Source: Vulcanisaeta thermophila (GTDB lineage Archaea > Thermoproteota > Thermoprotei > Thermoproteales > Thermocladiaceae). Taken from it: a stretch of 32,000 bases of DNA. Numbering within the stretch: position 1 is the stretch's first letter; every line of letters starts with the position of its first letter. Position numbers and translations under genes: made by a program. This document shows, piece after piece, positions 7,636-16,007 of this stretch. Location of the stretch: assembly GCF_001748385.1 (NCBI RefSeq), contig NZ_BCLI01000001.1:257177-289176 (forward strand), given 5' to 3'. Below the pieces are notes generated by a model. The model was not told where the DNA came from. It saw only the letters and a list, made by a program, of their open reading frames with translations, and did no database searches.

Positions 7636-7674
7636 TGCGTAATGGGCTTTAAAAATTAATGAGCAAATCAGGTA

Positions 7675-7686
7675 TTGTTTCATTTT
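7675..7686 (+). terminator. T-rich tract, possible archaeal oligo-T terminator for albA
   Basis: TTGTTTCATTTT lies 40 nt after the albA stop, in a 75-bp convergent intergenic region. Sequence-only inference. Confidence 0.3.
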
Positions 7687-7710
7687 CCATTACTCCCTCC
7701 ATAAAGTGCA

Positions 7711-8265
7711 TCATTGATTACTACCCTGAGTAATCATGTAATTCCTAATCGCCTCCAGCAACTCAACAAGCGCAAAGAGCGCGCTCTTCCTACTTGTTGC
7801 TATCAGGGGTATTACCTTAATGTAGTAGGGCACCTTTAAGAGGAGCCTCACTGAATTCACATCGAGCGCGTTGGGGAGGTCCTGCTTATTAACCGCAACC
7901 ACATGAGGAGTGTCCGGGAAGTTCTCCCTGAAGAACATGTACATATTAACGGCATCCCTAACCCTATCAGCGCTGGATCCATCCACAATGAATAAGTAGC
8001 CATGCATCCCCCTGGCTATGATCTTCCACATGAAACTAAACCTCTCCTGCCCAGGAACCCCAAAGAGGTGAACCACCAAGTCACTCCTAACCTTCATCCT
8101 ACCATAATCAAAGGCCACTGTGGTGGTCCTCTTATCATCACCCGTGGGCTGGGCCTTTGTTATTGCTACGTCGGTCTCTATGGGCAGTACCTCACTTAGG
8201 GTCTTCACAAAGGTTGTTTTACCCGCTCCATAAGGGCCCGCTATTACTATCTTGAGGATTTTCAT
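7711..8265 (-). CDS. MglA-like small Ras-superfamily GTPase
   Basis: G1 is GPYGAGKTT and G4 is NKQD. G3 is FGVPGQERF, which lacks the canonical Asp of DxxGQ as MglA does (TVPGQ). I prefer the ATG at 8265: GAGGTG (8272-8277) lies 6 nt upstream and overlaps the Roadblock gene's stop. The longest ORF starts at GTG 8274. Confidence 0.8.
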   Translation of the reverse strand: MKILKIVIAGPYGAGKTTFVKTLSEVLPIETDVAITKAQPTGDDKRTTTVAFDYGRMKVRSDLVVHLFGVPGQERFSFMWKIIARGMHGYLFIVDGSSADRVRDAVNMYMFFRENFPDTPHVVAVNKQDLPNALDVNSVRLLLKVPYYIKVIPLIATSRKSALFALVELLEAIRNYMITQGSNQ

Positions 8266-8275
8266 GGAGGACACC

Positions 8276-8767
8276 TCACAGGGTCAGCTTACTCTTTATG
8301 AAGTTTATCACATCCTCTATGTCCTTAGGTGTTATCTCAATACTAACAATCTCCACAAACTCCTCACTGCTCTCGGTGAGTTTTGTTAATGCATCTTGAA
8401 TCCTGCCCATGTACTTATCGAGCACAACCCTAATAAGCCCCACCGCCGACTCATCACTCAGTAGGATCATTACATACCCCAGGTTTTTAATGTTGGTTAG
8501 TTGAAGTATACCCGCATCCCCCTGTAGTAATAGGTAATTAATATTGCCCAGCGGCAACGTGTTGGTTAAGCCCTTTAGTGATGCTATTAATTTGGGCATT
8601 GCAAAGAACAACGAGCCCGCGTCCCCTCGCAACTCCGCGCTTTGGGCTATGACCGTTCCCTCCCTATCTAGCACATAAACAGCTTTCACCCGACCTGGAG
8701 CCTCATTGAGTATCATATTAGTGAAGCGCTTAATATCCTCAATGATTTCTTGCAATTTCGCATCCAC
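8276..8767 (-). CDS. Roadblock/LC7 (MglB-like) domain protein with C-terminal helical extension
   Basis: VKAVYVLDREGTVIAQS...GSLFFAMPKLIASLKG...INYLLLQGDAGILQLTNIKNLGYVMILLSDESAVGLIRVVL fits the Robl/LC7 fold pattern. It sits immediately upstream of the GTPase with a 10-nt gap. The likely start is GTG 8767, because a TTATAAAT box (minus strand, 8788-8796) lies inside the longest ORF (to 8818), 20 nt upstream of that GTG. Confidence 0.75.
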   Translation of the reverse strand: MDAKLQEIIEDIKRFTNMILNEAPGRVKAVYVLDREGTVIAQSAELRGDAGSLFFAMPKLIASLKGLTNTLPLGNINYLLLQGDAGILQLTNIKNLGYVMILLSDESAVGLIRVVLDKYMGRIQDALTKLTESSEEFVEIVSIEITPKDIEDVINFIKSKLTL

Positions 8768-8787
8768 GTGTGTTCGTACTCTTTTCA

Positions 8788-8796
8788 ATTTATAAG
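8788..8796 (-). promoter_or_regulatory. TATA box of the Roadblock-GTPase operon
   Basis: Minus-strand CTTATAAATT lies 20 nt upstream of the GTG at 8767. Confidence 0.5.
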
Positions 8797-8881
8797 TCTT
8801 TTTCCGCCCCTTACACATAACTAAATTATGTGGGTCTCGTTTTTAAATAAGGTTTTTAAATTACGGTGTGAGTTACCTGTG

Positions 8882-9226
8882 ATGATATCGATTAAGGGTT
8901 ACGTGATGAGTAAAACCCTGGTTAACGACCCAACGGGTGGGAAGATGATAATGATTCAAATAGTCGAGGAGAGGGAGACCCCGGGCCCCGTGGTCACAGG
9001 CACTGACGAGACTTCGCAAATAATGCGTGATGTGATGCCCCTGGTTCAGCAGTTTCTTAGGTCCATGCCCATGCTGGCCCCATTCATGAGTGGTAAGGTG
9101 CCCATCCCAAGGCTTGTTATTTGGCTTAGTGAGGATGAGGCTGAGGCCCTTGGTCCTAAGCTTGATGTGGGTGATGTTGTGGAGATTAGGATTGAGAATG
9201 GGAAGATGGAGTTGGTTAAGTTATAA
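8882..9226 (+). CDS. hypothetical small protein (no family recognised; C-terminal SpoVT/AbrB-like pattern is speculative)
   Basis: 114 aa counted from ATG 8882; the longest ORF starts at 8828, but two TTTAAAT boxes at about 8842-8866 lie inside that extension. It is divergent from the Roadblock-GTPase operon. The C-terminal segment is RLVIWLSEDEAEALGPKLDVGDVVEIRIENGKMELVKL. Confidence 0.55.
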   Translation: MISIKGYVMSKTLVNDPTGGKMIMIQIVEERETPGPVVTGTDETSQIMRDVMPLVQQFLRSMPMLAPFMSGKVPIPRLVIWLSEDEAEALGPKLDVGDVVEIRIENGKMELVKL

Positions 9227-9583
9227 ATTAACACCAAAATCCCTTGTCAACTTTATCAAATCCTTATACCTAATCCTAACACGCTTACCGTTGGGTAGGG
9301 TCCTAATTATGACTAGGGGTAGTAATCCCCTACGTGCCTCCTCAAGGGCTATGTCTATCGGGTCGTAACTACCCACCTCCTGTGGATTAACCAGGGGCTG
9401 GGCGCCCATTGCCAATTGCTTGGCCCTGGCTGCAACCACCCTGGCCAGTTCATACTTGGTTATCCTGGGTGGGTATGGGAGTTCATTTTTAGATAGCTTA
9501 TTAATTAATTCGATGATTTGCCCCATTGGGTTTTCCTTACTCTCCACCGCGGTTTCCCGGGCATTCTCGCTTGAGGAGGACAT
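9221..9583 (-). CDS. rpoK: DNA-directed RNA polymerase subunit K (Rpo6/Rpb6/omega)
   Basis: ITKYELARVVAARAKQLAMGAQPLV...DPIDIALEEARRGLLPLVIIRTLPNG is the conserved Rpb6 core. The TATA box GCTTTTAAAAC lies about 19 nt upstream of the ATG. Confidence 0.9.
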   Translation of the reverse strand: MSSSSENARETAVESKENPMGQIIELINKLSKNELPYPPRITKYELARVVAARAKQLAMGAQPLVNPQEVGSYDPIDIALEEARRGLLPLVIIRTLPNGKRVRIRYKDLIKLTRDFGVNL

Positions 9584-9634
9584 GGGACTCCCAAATCAAT
9601 ACGTTTTAAAAGCCTAACTGTGGTGATTTTTACG

Positions 9635-11296
9635 TTATTCAGTTGACGTCTTACTCTCTTCCTCCTCTCCCTTCTTCTCCCCTCCCTTACCGCCACCGGT
9701 GCTCTTGGTCTGGGCCGCAGCCACTATATCGTCAATCCTTAGTATCATTATGGCGGCCTCGGCCGCGCTCCTAATGACCTGGGTCTTAACGATTAGTGGG
9801 TCCACAATCTTCAACTGGTACATGTTGGCCACCTTACCATTCAGAACATCAATACCCGCATCCACCTCGCCCGCATCGTGCCTCCTCCTAAGCTCGGCAA
9901 TGGCATCCACGGGGTCTAGGCCGGCGGTTAGTGCCAGTATTGTGGGCACGTGCTCCAGGGCCTCGGCGAACTTGAGCACAGCCAGCTGCTCCTTACCAGG
10001 TAGCTTCCTACCCCACTCCCTAATCTTCCTCGCAATCTCCATCTCAAAGGCACCACCGCCAGGTACTATCTTGGGCATCCTGAAGATGTCCCTGGCCACG
10101 TGGAGCCCATCCTGCAGTGACCTCTCGGCCTCATCAAGCACCCTGTCCGCGGCGCCCCTTATGAGTATCGTGACGGCCTTGGGGTTGGGGCACTGCTCCA
10201 CGAAGACCATCTTCTCCTCACCAACCTTCCTCTCCTCAACAAGCCCTGCTGTGCCGAGGTCCTCAGGCCTTATGTCCTTGATACTGGTTACTATCTTGGC
10301 GCCCGTTGCCTTGGCCAGCTTCTCAATGTCACTCCTCTTAACCCTCCTAACGGCCATTATTCCCTTCTTGGCCAGGTAGTGCTGGGCCACCTCGTCAATG
10401 CCCTTCTGCGTGATTACTACGTTGGCCCCTATCTCGGCTAGTTTGTCCACGTAGGACTTCAGTATGTTGGATTCCTCCTCAAGGAATGCCTTTATCTGCT
10501 GTGGTGTTGATACCGAGATCTTGGTGGTCCACTCGGGCTTCTCAATCTCCAGTGGTGCGTCTAGAACCGCTATCTTGGCATTAACAACCCTCTTGGGCAT
10601 CCCTGGGTGCACAACCTCCTTATCAAGAACTATACCCTGTATTAACTGGGTCTCAAAGAGGGACTGTCCCTTCTTCTTCTCAAGCTTTATCCAGTCCAGG
10701 TCAAGGTTGTACCTACCGTTGACCTTCTCCACGGCTATGTTGGCTGCATCCACTATCAACTTGGCCAGGTATTCCCTCGCCTCAGCCACTATCTTACTGC
10801 TTAGGGCGTTCATTACCACCAGGGACATTTGCTCCCTATCCTCAGGGTTAACGGGCTGGGCCACCTCATTGGCCACCTGTATTGCGTAGTCCATTGCCTT
10901 CTTGTAACCGTCAATTATTATCGTTGGGTGTATACCCTCATCAAGCAACTCCTCGGCCAACTCAAGTAGTTTACCTGCCACAACGACGGCCGTGGTGGTT
11001 CCATCACCAACCTCCGCATCCTGGGCCTTGGCGACCTCAATGAGTAGCTTGGCGGCTGGGTGTTGAACCTCCATCTCCTTGAGTATTGTGGCTCCATCAC
11101 CCGTTATTGTGACGTCGCCGAAGGCATCAATGAGCATTTTATCCATACCCCTGGGCCCCAGGCTTGTGGATAGTATCTCAGCAATCACCTTGGCAGCCAT
11201 TATATTACTCCTCCTGGCATCCGCACCTGTGGTTCTTTGTGAACCCTCCTTGAGAATGGTTACTGGGATTCCACCCCTTGGTTGGTTCTGCGACAT
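9635..11296 (-). CDS. ths: thermosome subunit (group II chaperonin)
   Basis: 553 aa with [43 protein letters not shown] and a Gly/Lys/Glu-rich tail. The TATA box TTTATATA (minus strand, 11319-11326) lies 22 nt upstream of the ATG. Confidence 0.95.
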   Translation of the reverse strand: MSQNQPRGGIPVTILKEGSQRTTGADARRSNIMAAKVIAEILSTSLGPRGMDKMLIDAFGDVTITGDGATILKEMEVQHPAAKLLIEVAKAQDAEVGDGTTTAVVVAGKLLELAEELLDEGIHPTIIIDGYKKAMDYAIQVANEVAQPVNPEDREQMSLVVMNALSSKIVAEAREYLAKLIVDAANIAVEKVNGRYNLDLDWIKLEKKKGQSLFETQLIQGIVLDKEVVHPGMPKRVVNAKIAVLDAPLEIEKPEWTTKISVSTPQQIKAFLEEESNILKSYVDKLAEIGANVVITQKGIDEVAQHYLAKKGIMAVRRVKRSDIEKLAKATGAKIVTSIKDIRPEDLGTAGLVEERKVGEEKMVFVEQCPNPKAVTILIRGAADRVLDEAERSLQDGLHVARDIFRMPKIVPGGGAFEMEIARKIREWGRKLPGKEQLAVLKFAEALEHVPTILALTAGLDPVDAIAELRRRHDAGEVDAGIDVLNGKVANMYQLKIVDPLIVKTQVIRSAAEAAIMILRIDDIVAAAQTKSTGGGKGGEKKGEEEESKTSTE

Positions 11297-11318
11297 CGTT
11301 ACGACTAATCCCCACTTC

Positions 11319-11326
11319 TATATAAA
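11319..11326 (-). promoter_or_regulatory. TATA box of the thermosome gene
   Basis: Minus-strand TTTATATA lies 22 nt upstream of the ATG at 11296. Confidence 0.55.
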
Positions 11327-11384
11327 CCTTTCTTCCACCGCACAGTGAGTAATGATTTAAAGGGGGTTAATGGGCATGGGGGTA

Positions 11385-11825
11385 ATGCCCTGGCCATCAG
11401 CACTAATGATAACGTTGGTAATAACACTTGCCGTGGGCTTCGTAATACCCTGGTCCGTGGTTGCAAGTTACTCCATGGAGCCCACGCTGGAAGTTGGGGA
11501 CCTAGCCATAATGGGCCCACCACCCAGGCAATGCTCGGCATTGCTTAATCACGTAGCCATTTACTACTCACCACAATTTAATGATTACGTAATCCACAGG
11601 GTTATTGAGGTTCAATCCACAAATCCCTGCACCTACGTGTTTAAGGGTGATGCAAATCCGGGTCCTGACCCATACCCAGTGCCCTATGGTGATGTCGTGG
11701 GTGGCGTCTATTTTATAATTCCCCAGGTGGGTATGATCAGCCTATCCTATAGGAGCTTCACTGGTGCCTTATTCACGTTGGTGTTGATGATCCTAGTGTT
11801 AATACTTGCATACGCACTAGATTAG
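11385..11825 (+). CDS. signal peptidase I, archaeal/Sec11 type (S26B)
   Basis: There is an N-terminal TM segment, a catalytic Ser box SYSMEPTLEVGDL, a His box VIHRV, GDANPGPD and a C-terminal TM segment. I prefer ATG 11385, which lies 22 nt after the TATA box ATTTAAAG (11355-11362). The longest ORF starts at 11370. Confidence 0.8.
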   Translation: MPWPSALMITLVITLAVGFVIPWSVVASYSMEPTLEVGDLAIMGPPPRQCSALLNHVAIYYSPQFNDYVIHRVIEVQSTNPCTYVFKGDANPGPDPYPVPYGDVVGGVYFIIPQVGMISLSYRSFTGALFTLVLMILVLILAYALD

Positions 11826-11860
11826 GTGGAAAAACGTATAAAGAACTATTATGGGTGTTC

Positions 11861-12421
11861 ATGATGGTTCTGGAGAGGGTTCATGACATAACCATGGAGC
11901 TCATAGGGCCAGAGCTCATTAGGGGTAGGGACGGTAGGGTATTCGTACTTAGGGAATTTGAGATTAAGGATTTGTTAAAGGTTGTCTCGATAAACCGCGC
12001 GGTCCTCCCCGAGAATTACCCTGAGTTCTTCTTCGTGGAGCACCACAGGAACTTCCCAAGGGCCTTCATTGTGGCTGAGTTGAATGGTGAGGTGGTGGGT
12101 TACATGATGAATAGGGTTGAGTTTGGGTGGAGCTATATAAACAGGGGTAAGCCCGCGAGGAAGGGGCACGTTATATCCATCGGCGTGCTGCCCGAGGCTC
12201 GTAGGATTGGCGTGGCCTACAACATGATGATTAGGGGTATGAGGGCCATGAAGCACTTCTACGGTGCCGAGGAGGTCTACCTAGAGGTTAGGGTCTCAAA
12301 CACACCGGCCATTAATCTATATAAGAAATTGAATTATAAGATTGTGGACCTGATAAGGGGTTACTATAGTGATGGTGAGGACGCGTACATAATGGCTAGG
12401 TCATTACAGGACTTTCAATGA
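11861..12421 (+). CDS. GNAT N-acetyltransferase (RimI/Ard1-type N-alpha-acetyltransferase)
   Basis: It has the GNAT motif A region ISIGVLPEARRIGVAYNMM and a YKKLNYKIV...YY.DGEDAY tail. The TATA box TATAAAG (11837-11843) favours the ATG at 11861/11864 over GTG 11855. Confidence 0.8.
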   Translation: MMVLERVHDITMELIGPELIRGRDGRVFVLREFEIKDLLKVVSINRAVLPENYPEFFFVEHHRNFPRAFIVAELNGEVVGYMMNRVEFGWSYINRGKPARKGHVISIGVLPEARRIGVAYNMMIRGMRAMKHFYGAEEVYLEVRVSNTPAINLYKKLNYKIVDLIRGYYSDGEDAYIMARSLQDFQ

Positions 12422-13666
12422 TCACTCACCAAACTTCTCCAGGGTGCCCAGGTAATTGGCTATGATATTCATAACATCCAAACCCCTAATCCTACTCCAA
12501 TAACCCTTAGCACAGTCCCTCTCGCTGAACCTGGTGACGTCATCCCTCATGACATCCGGGCCCCATGCCATGAAGGGCACGGGATCGCCGGTGTGCTCCC
12601 TAACAGTAATTGGCGTTGCGTGGTCACAGGTAATGAACACGTAGGTATCACTGGGCGCCCTCTCAAGGAACGCCCTAAGGCCTGCATCAACCCTCTCGAT
12701 TATCATGACCTTACCCCTGAAGTCACCGTCATGCGACATGGAGTCCGTGGGCTTCACATGCAGGAACACGAAGTCATGACTACCCAACTGCCTAGCGGCT
12801 TCCATGAATGCTGCTGTGAAGTCATCATCCTTGGAGCCCACGTAGCCCTTAACGTCAATGGGCTCCATACCCACGGCCCTACCAATACCCCTTATCAATG
12901 CTACGCCCGCAATAATTGCTGGTTTTACCCTGTACCTAACGCTCAGGGGCTCGAGTTCCTTAAACGTACCAGCTCCGCGGAGCAGTACCATGTTTATCAC
13001 TGGCTTGTTCTCCCTCCTCCTCAACTCATTGAACTTGGCACCTCCCAACTTCTCATAGACTAACCTTGTGAATTCATTAATGAACTCACTGGTTAGCCTA
13101 GCCTCCTCCCTCAGTGCCCTGGCCTCCTCAACCCTTGCACCAACCCTGTGCGGGTCTGTGTCCGTGACTGCGGGTGACACATTGCCCCTAAGCACCAGGA
13201 CCCCCCTATGCTCCACGGTTTGTTTGTACACGCCCTCGATCCCGTACTTAACCTTCAGTGGTTGCAGTACCTCGTTATTGATTATCTTCTCTATCTCCCT
13301 GGCCTCGCTGGGATCTATGTACCTGCCACCTCTCCTATCCAGCACCACGAAGTCGCTATTCACGGTGGCCACGTTGGTCCTAAAGGCCACATCACCAGGC
13401 TTTAGGTCAAGGCCTGCGCCGAGGGCCTCAAGGGGGCCCCTGCCTGGGTAGTACCTGTACGGGTCGTAACCAAATATTGCCAGGTGGGCTGTGTCACTGC
13501 CCGGCCTTATTCCGGGTGATATGACGTCCATTAATCCGCAGGATCCCTCAGACGCGAGCCTATCCATTGTGGGTTTAACAGCGACCTCAAGGGGCGTTTT
13601 GCCCCCAAGCTCCTTAACTGGCCTATCGCCACAGCCGTCTAGGACCACGAGTAATGCCCTGGGCAT
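12422..13666 (-). CDS. apgM: 2,3-bisphosphoglycerate-independent phosphoglycerate mutase, archaeal type
   Basis: 414 aa. VVLDGCGDRP, PGSDTAHLAIFGYDP, DSMSHDGD and ITCDHATP are metalloenzyme-superfamily ApgM motifs. Confidence 0.88.
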   Translation of the reverse strand: MPRALLVVLDGCGDRPVKELGGKTPLEVAVKPTMDRLASEGSCGLMDVISPGIRPGSDTAHLAIFGYDPYRYYPGRGPLEALGAGLDLKPGDVAFRTNVATVNSDFVVLDRRGGRYIDPSEAREIEKIINNEVLQPLKVKYGIEGVYKQTVEHRGVLVLRGNVSPAVTDTDPHRVGARVEEARALREEARLTSEFINEFTRLVYEKLGGAKFNELRRRENKPVINMVLLRGAGTFKELEPLSVRYRVKPAIIAGVALIRGIGRAVGMEPIDVKGYVGSKDDDFTAAFMEAARQLGSHDFVFLHVKPTDSMSHDGDFRGKVMIIERVDAGLRAFLERAPSDTYVFITCDHATPITVREHTGDPVPFMAWGPDVMRDDVTRFSERDCAKGYWSRIRGLDVMNIIANYLGTLEKFGE

Positions 13667-13707
13667 GGACTTAGTGCCAATACTTAGTATAAAAGTGTAA
13701 CCTCAAG

Positions 13708-14028
13708 CTACCTAACCACCTCGCTAATCCACCTGAGGTACTCCGTTAACCCATCAATTATGGGCAGCGCTATTATTTCCGGGACCTTGTACGGGTGCCT
13801 GGACTTCACGAAATCCCTTAACTCATTGAATTTACTGCGCACGGTCTTTATAACCATCAGCGCCTCGTTATCCTCCTCAACCTTACCCTCCCAGACATAG
13901 ATGCTCCTTAGCCCATCTATCACATTCACGCACGCCGCGAGTCCCCTCTCCACCAATTCCCTGGCAATGCCAATACCAACGTCCCTGCTTGGTACCGTCA
14001 CGAGAACCACTATGTAATCCCCATCCAC
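13708..14028 (-). CDS. cutA: divalent-cation tolerance protein CutA
   Basis: 106 aa. VLVTVPS...IARELVERGLAACVNVI...SIYVWEGKVEEDNEALMVIKT...HPYKVPEIIALPI...YLRWI is the canonical CutA1 pattern. GTG start. Confidence 0.88.
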   Translation of the reverse strand: MDGDYIVVLVTVPSRDVGIGIARELVERGLAACVNVIDGLRSIYVWEGKVEEDNEALMVIKTVRSKFNELRDFVKSRHPYKVPEIIALPIIDGLTEYLRWISEVVR

Positions 14029-14072
14029 GCAGTGACCAGGTCACTGGGCTTAATCAACTTTACCCATAGGCA

Positions 14073-14080
14073 TTTATAAG
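14073..14080. promoter_or_regulatory. near-palindromic TATA box in the cutA/thiE divergent region
   Basis: TTTATAAG lies 22 nt upstream of the thiE ATG at 14102. Read on the other strand, it lies 44 nt upstream of the cutA GTG at 14028. Confidence 0.5.
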
Positions 14081-14101
14081 CGGTGCATGCTAGCTTAGGT
14101 A

Positions 14102-14719
14102 ATGAAGCTGCCAAGGGGCATCTATGGAATAACGGATGATGGTTACACGGTTAAGTCCCACGTGGAGGCGGCCAGGGTGTTCCTAGAGGGTGGTGTCAGG
14201 ATTATTCAGTATAGGCGTAAGAGGGGTAGTATTAGGGAGATGCTCAATGAGGCCAGGGAGATAAGAAGGCTCTGTAGTGAGTACGGCGCCGTCTTCATAG
14301 TGGATGATAGGGTGGACATAGCGGTGCTCAGTGATGCTGATGGTGTCCACATGGGCCTTGAGGATGCGCCGGTGGATGAGGTTAGGAGGAGGTTTGGGGG
14401 CTTGATAATAGGTGCCAGCGCCAGCACGGTGGATGAGGCAAGGCAGGGTGAGTCCCTAGGGGCTAACTACATAGGCGCCGGCTCCGTTTTCCCAAGCCCC
14501 ACAAGGCCCGATTACAGGGTCATAGGCATTGAGGGACTTAGGGAAATTGTTAGGTCTATCTCAATACCCGTTTACGCCATTGGAGGCATAACCCTGGAGT
14601 CCATACCAGCGATCAAGTCCACGGGTGCCTGGGGCGCCGCGGTAATTTCGGGAATACTAGCCGCCAAAGACCCTATCAAGGCCGCCAGGGAGTTCGTCAG
14701 GGCCTGGGAGGAGTCGTGA
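14102..14719 (+). CDS. thiE: thiamine-phosphate synthase
   Basis: 205 aa with GIYGITD, IIQYRRK, VDDRVDIAVLSDADGVHMG, GAS and YAIGGIT. The TATA box lies 22 nt upstream. Confidence 0.88.
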   Translation: MKLPRGIYGITDDGYTVKSHVEAARVFLEGGVRIIQYRRKRGSIREMLNEAREIRRLCSEYGAVFIVDDRVDIAVLSDADGVHMGLEDAPVDEVRRRFGGLIIGASASTVDEARQGESLGANYIGAGSVFPSPTRPDYRVIGIEGLREIVRSISIPVYAIGGITLESIPAIKSTGAWGAAVISGILAAKDPIKAAREFVRAWEES

Positions 14720-14770
14720 CAGTCGCTTAAAGGCATATCCTTATAAGGTATTTATTAAATTATGTGGTTA

Positions 14771-15991
14771 ATGGTTGTTCAATCCAGTGTGCAGGTGGGC
14801 ATTGTGGGTAAGCCCAACGTTGGGAAGAGCACGTTCTTCGCCGCAGCCACTATGATTGATGTGAAGATTGCCCCATACCCCTTCACAACCATTGAACCAA
14901 ACGTGGGCATTGGGTATGTTAGGATACCCTGCGTGTGCAGGGACCTTGGTGTTAAGGATAATCCCAGGAATTCCGTATGCATCGATGGCAACAGGTTCAT
15001 ACCCGTGGAGTTAATAGACGTGGCTGGGCTAGTCCCAGGTGCGTGGCAGGGCAGGGGCCTTGGGAATCAATTCCTGGACCACCTCAGGAGGGCCCCGGTC
15101 CTCATACACGTGGTTGACATGGCGGGCGCCACGGATGAGGAGGGTAGGTTAACCAAGCCGGGCTCCCACGACCCCCTAATCGACATTGAGTTCCTGAGTA
15201 ATGAGGTCACCATGTGGATGGTCCAGATGCTCACTAAGGATTGGGATAAGCTGGTGAGGCTTGTGGAGTACGCAAAGAAGCCCCTCCTGGAGGTACTCTA
15301 TGAGAGATTCAGCGGTTTAGGCATAACGCAGGCCCAGATAAGTGATTCCCTAGGTAAACTGGGCCTTGATAAGAAGCCCCTGAGCAGGTGGGGTGAGGAT
15401 GATATCAAGGGCTTTGTATCCATGCTTAGGGAATTGAGCAAGCCCATGGTCATAGCGGCCAATAAAATGGACATACCAGAGGCCGAGGATAATTATAAGA
15501 GGGTTGTCAAGGAAGTGGGTGGTAAGTACAGGATAATACCCACCAGCGCGGATTACGAGTTGGCGCTGAGGAGGGCTGCCAAGGCGAACCTAATCAAGTA
15601 CGTACCCGGTGATGATGACTTCGAGATAATATCGCAAAACCTAACAAGGGCCCAGCGTGATGCGTTAGAGAAGATTAGGGACTTCATGCATAAGTGGGGT
15701 GGTACTGGGGTCATTAAGGCACTGAACACCGCGGTCTTTGATGTTCTCGGCATGATAGCCATCTACCCAGTGGCTGATGAGAGGAGGTACACGGACACGG
15801 AGGGCAATGTACTACCAGACGTGGTGCTACTGCCCAGGGACGCCACCGTCCTAGACCTGGCCAGGGTAATACATAGTGAAATAGCCGAGAGGGCCGTTAC
15901 GGGCATCGATGCGGTTAGTGGTAGGAGGCTTGGCGTTAATTCTAAACTATGGCATAGGGCTGTGATTAAGATATTCATAAGCAGGGCGTGA
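14771..15991 (+). CDS. ychF: YchF/OBG-family GTP/ATP-binding protein with C-terminal TGS-like domain
   Basis: It has GIVGKPNVGKSTFF (G1), DVAGLVPGA (G3) and NKMD (G4). ATG 14771 is placed better than ATG 14762 relative to the TATA box CTTATAAGG (14740-14748). Confidence 0.85.
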   Translation: MVVQSSVQVGIVGKPNVGKSTFFAAATMIDVKIAPYPFTTIEPNVGIGYVRIPCVCRDLGVKDNPRNSVCIDGNRFIPVELIDVAGLVPGAWQGRGLGNQFLDHLRRAPVLIHVVDMAGATDEEGRLTKPGSHDPLIDIEFLSNEVTMWMVQMLTKDWDKLVRLVEYAKKPLLEVLYERFSGLGITQAQISDSLGKLGLDKKPLSRWGEDDIKGFVSMLRELSKPMVIAANKMDIPEAEDNYKRVVKEVGGKYRIIPTSADYELALRRAAKANLIKYVPGDDDFEIISQNLTRAQRDALEKIRDFMHKWGGTGVIKALNTAVFDVLGMIAIYPVADERRYTDTEGNVLPDVVLLPRDATVLDLARVIHSEIAERAVTGIDAVSGRRLGVNSKLWHRAVIKIFISRA

Positions 15992-16007
15992 TACCCCTCA
16001 ACACGGC

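Noticed and set aside
7668-7714. A possible second C/D box sRNA lies on the minus strand. ATGATGC overlaps the GTPase stop codon, and CTGA lies 36 nt downstream.
   Set aside because: Only about 9 positions match. The internal D' (GAGT) and C' (TGGAAA) boxes are poor, and the spacing is 2 nt shorter than the canonical minimum. This is easily a chance occurrence.
9221-9226. The convergent genes (hypothetical protein and rpoK) overlap by 6 nt in the palindrome TTATAA. Each gene ends Leu-stop using the same hexamer.
   Set aside because: It is a real but trivial consequence of a palindromic TTA-TAA. I have no evidence of function beyond compact packing.
9699-10889. ORFs of 226 aa and 141 aa lie on the plus strand, antisense to the thermosome gene.
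   Set aside because: Their composition is Ser/Leu/Ala-rich and they lie entirely inside a 553-aa chaperonin whose frame carries all the family motifs. They are shadow ORFs.
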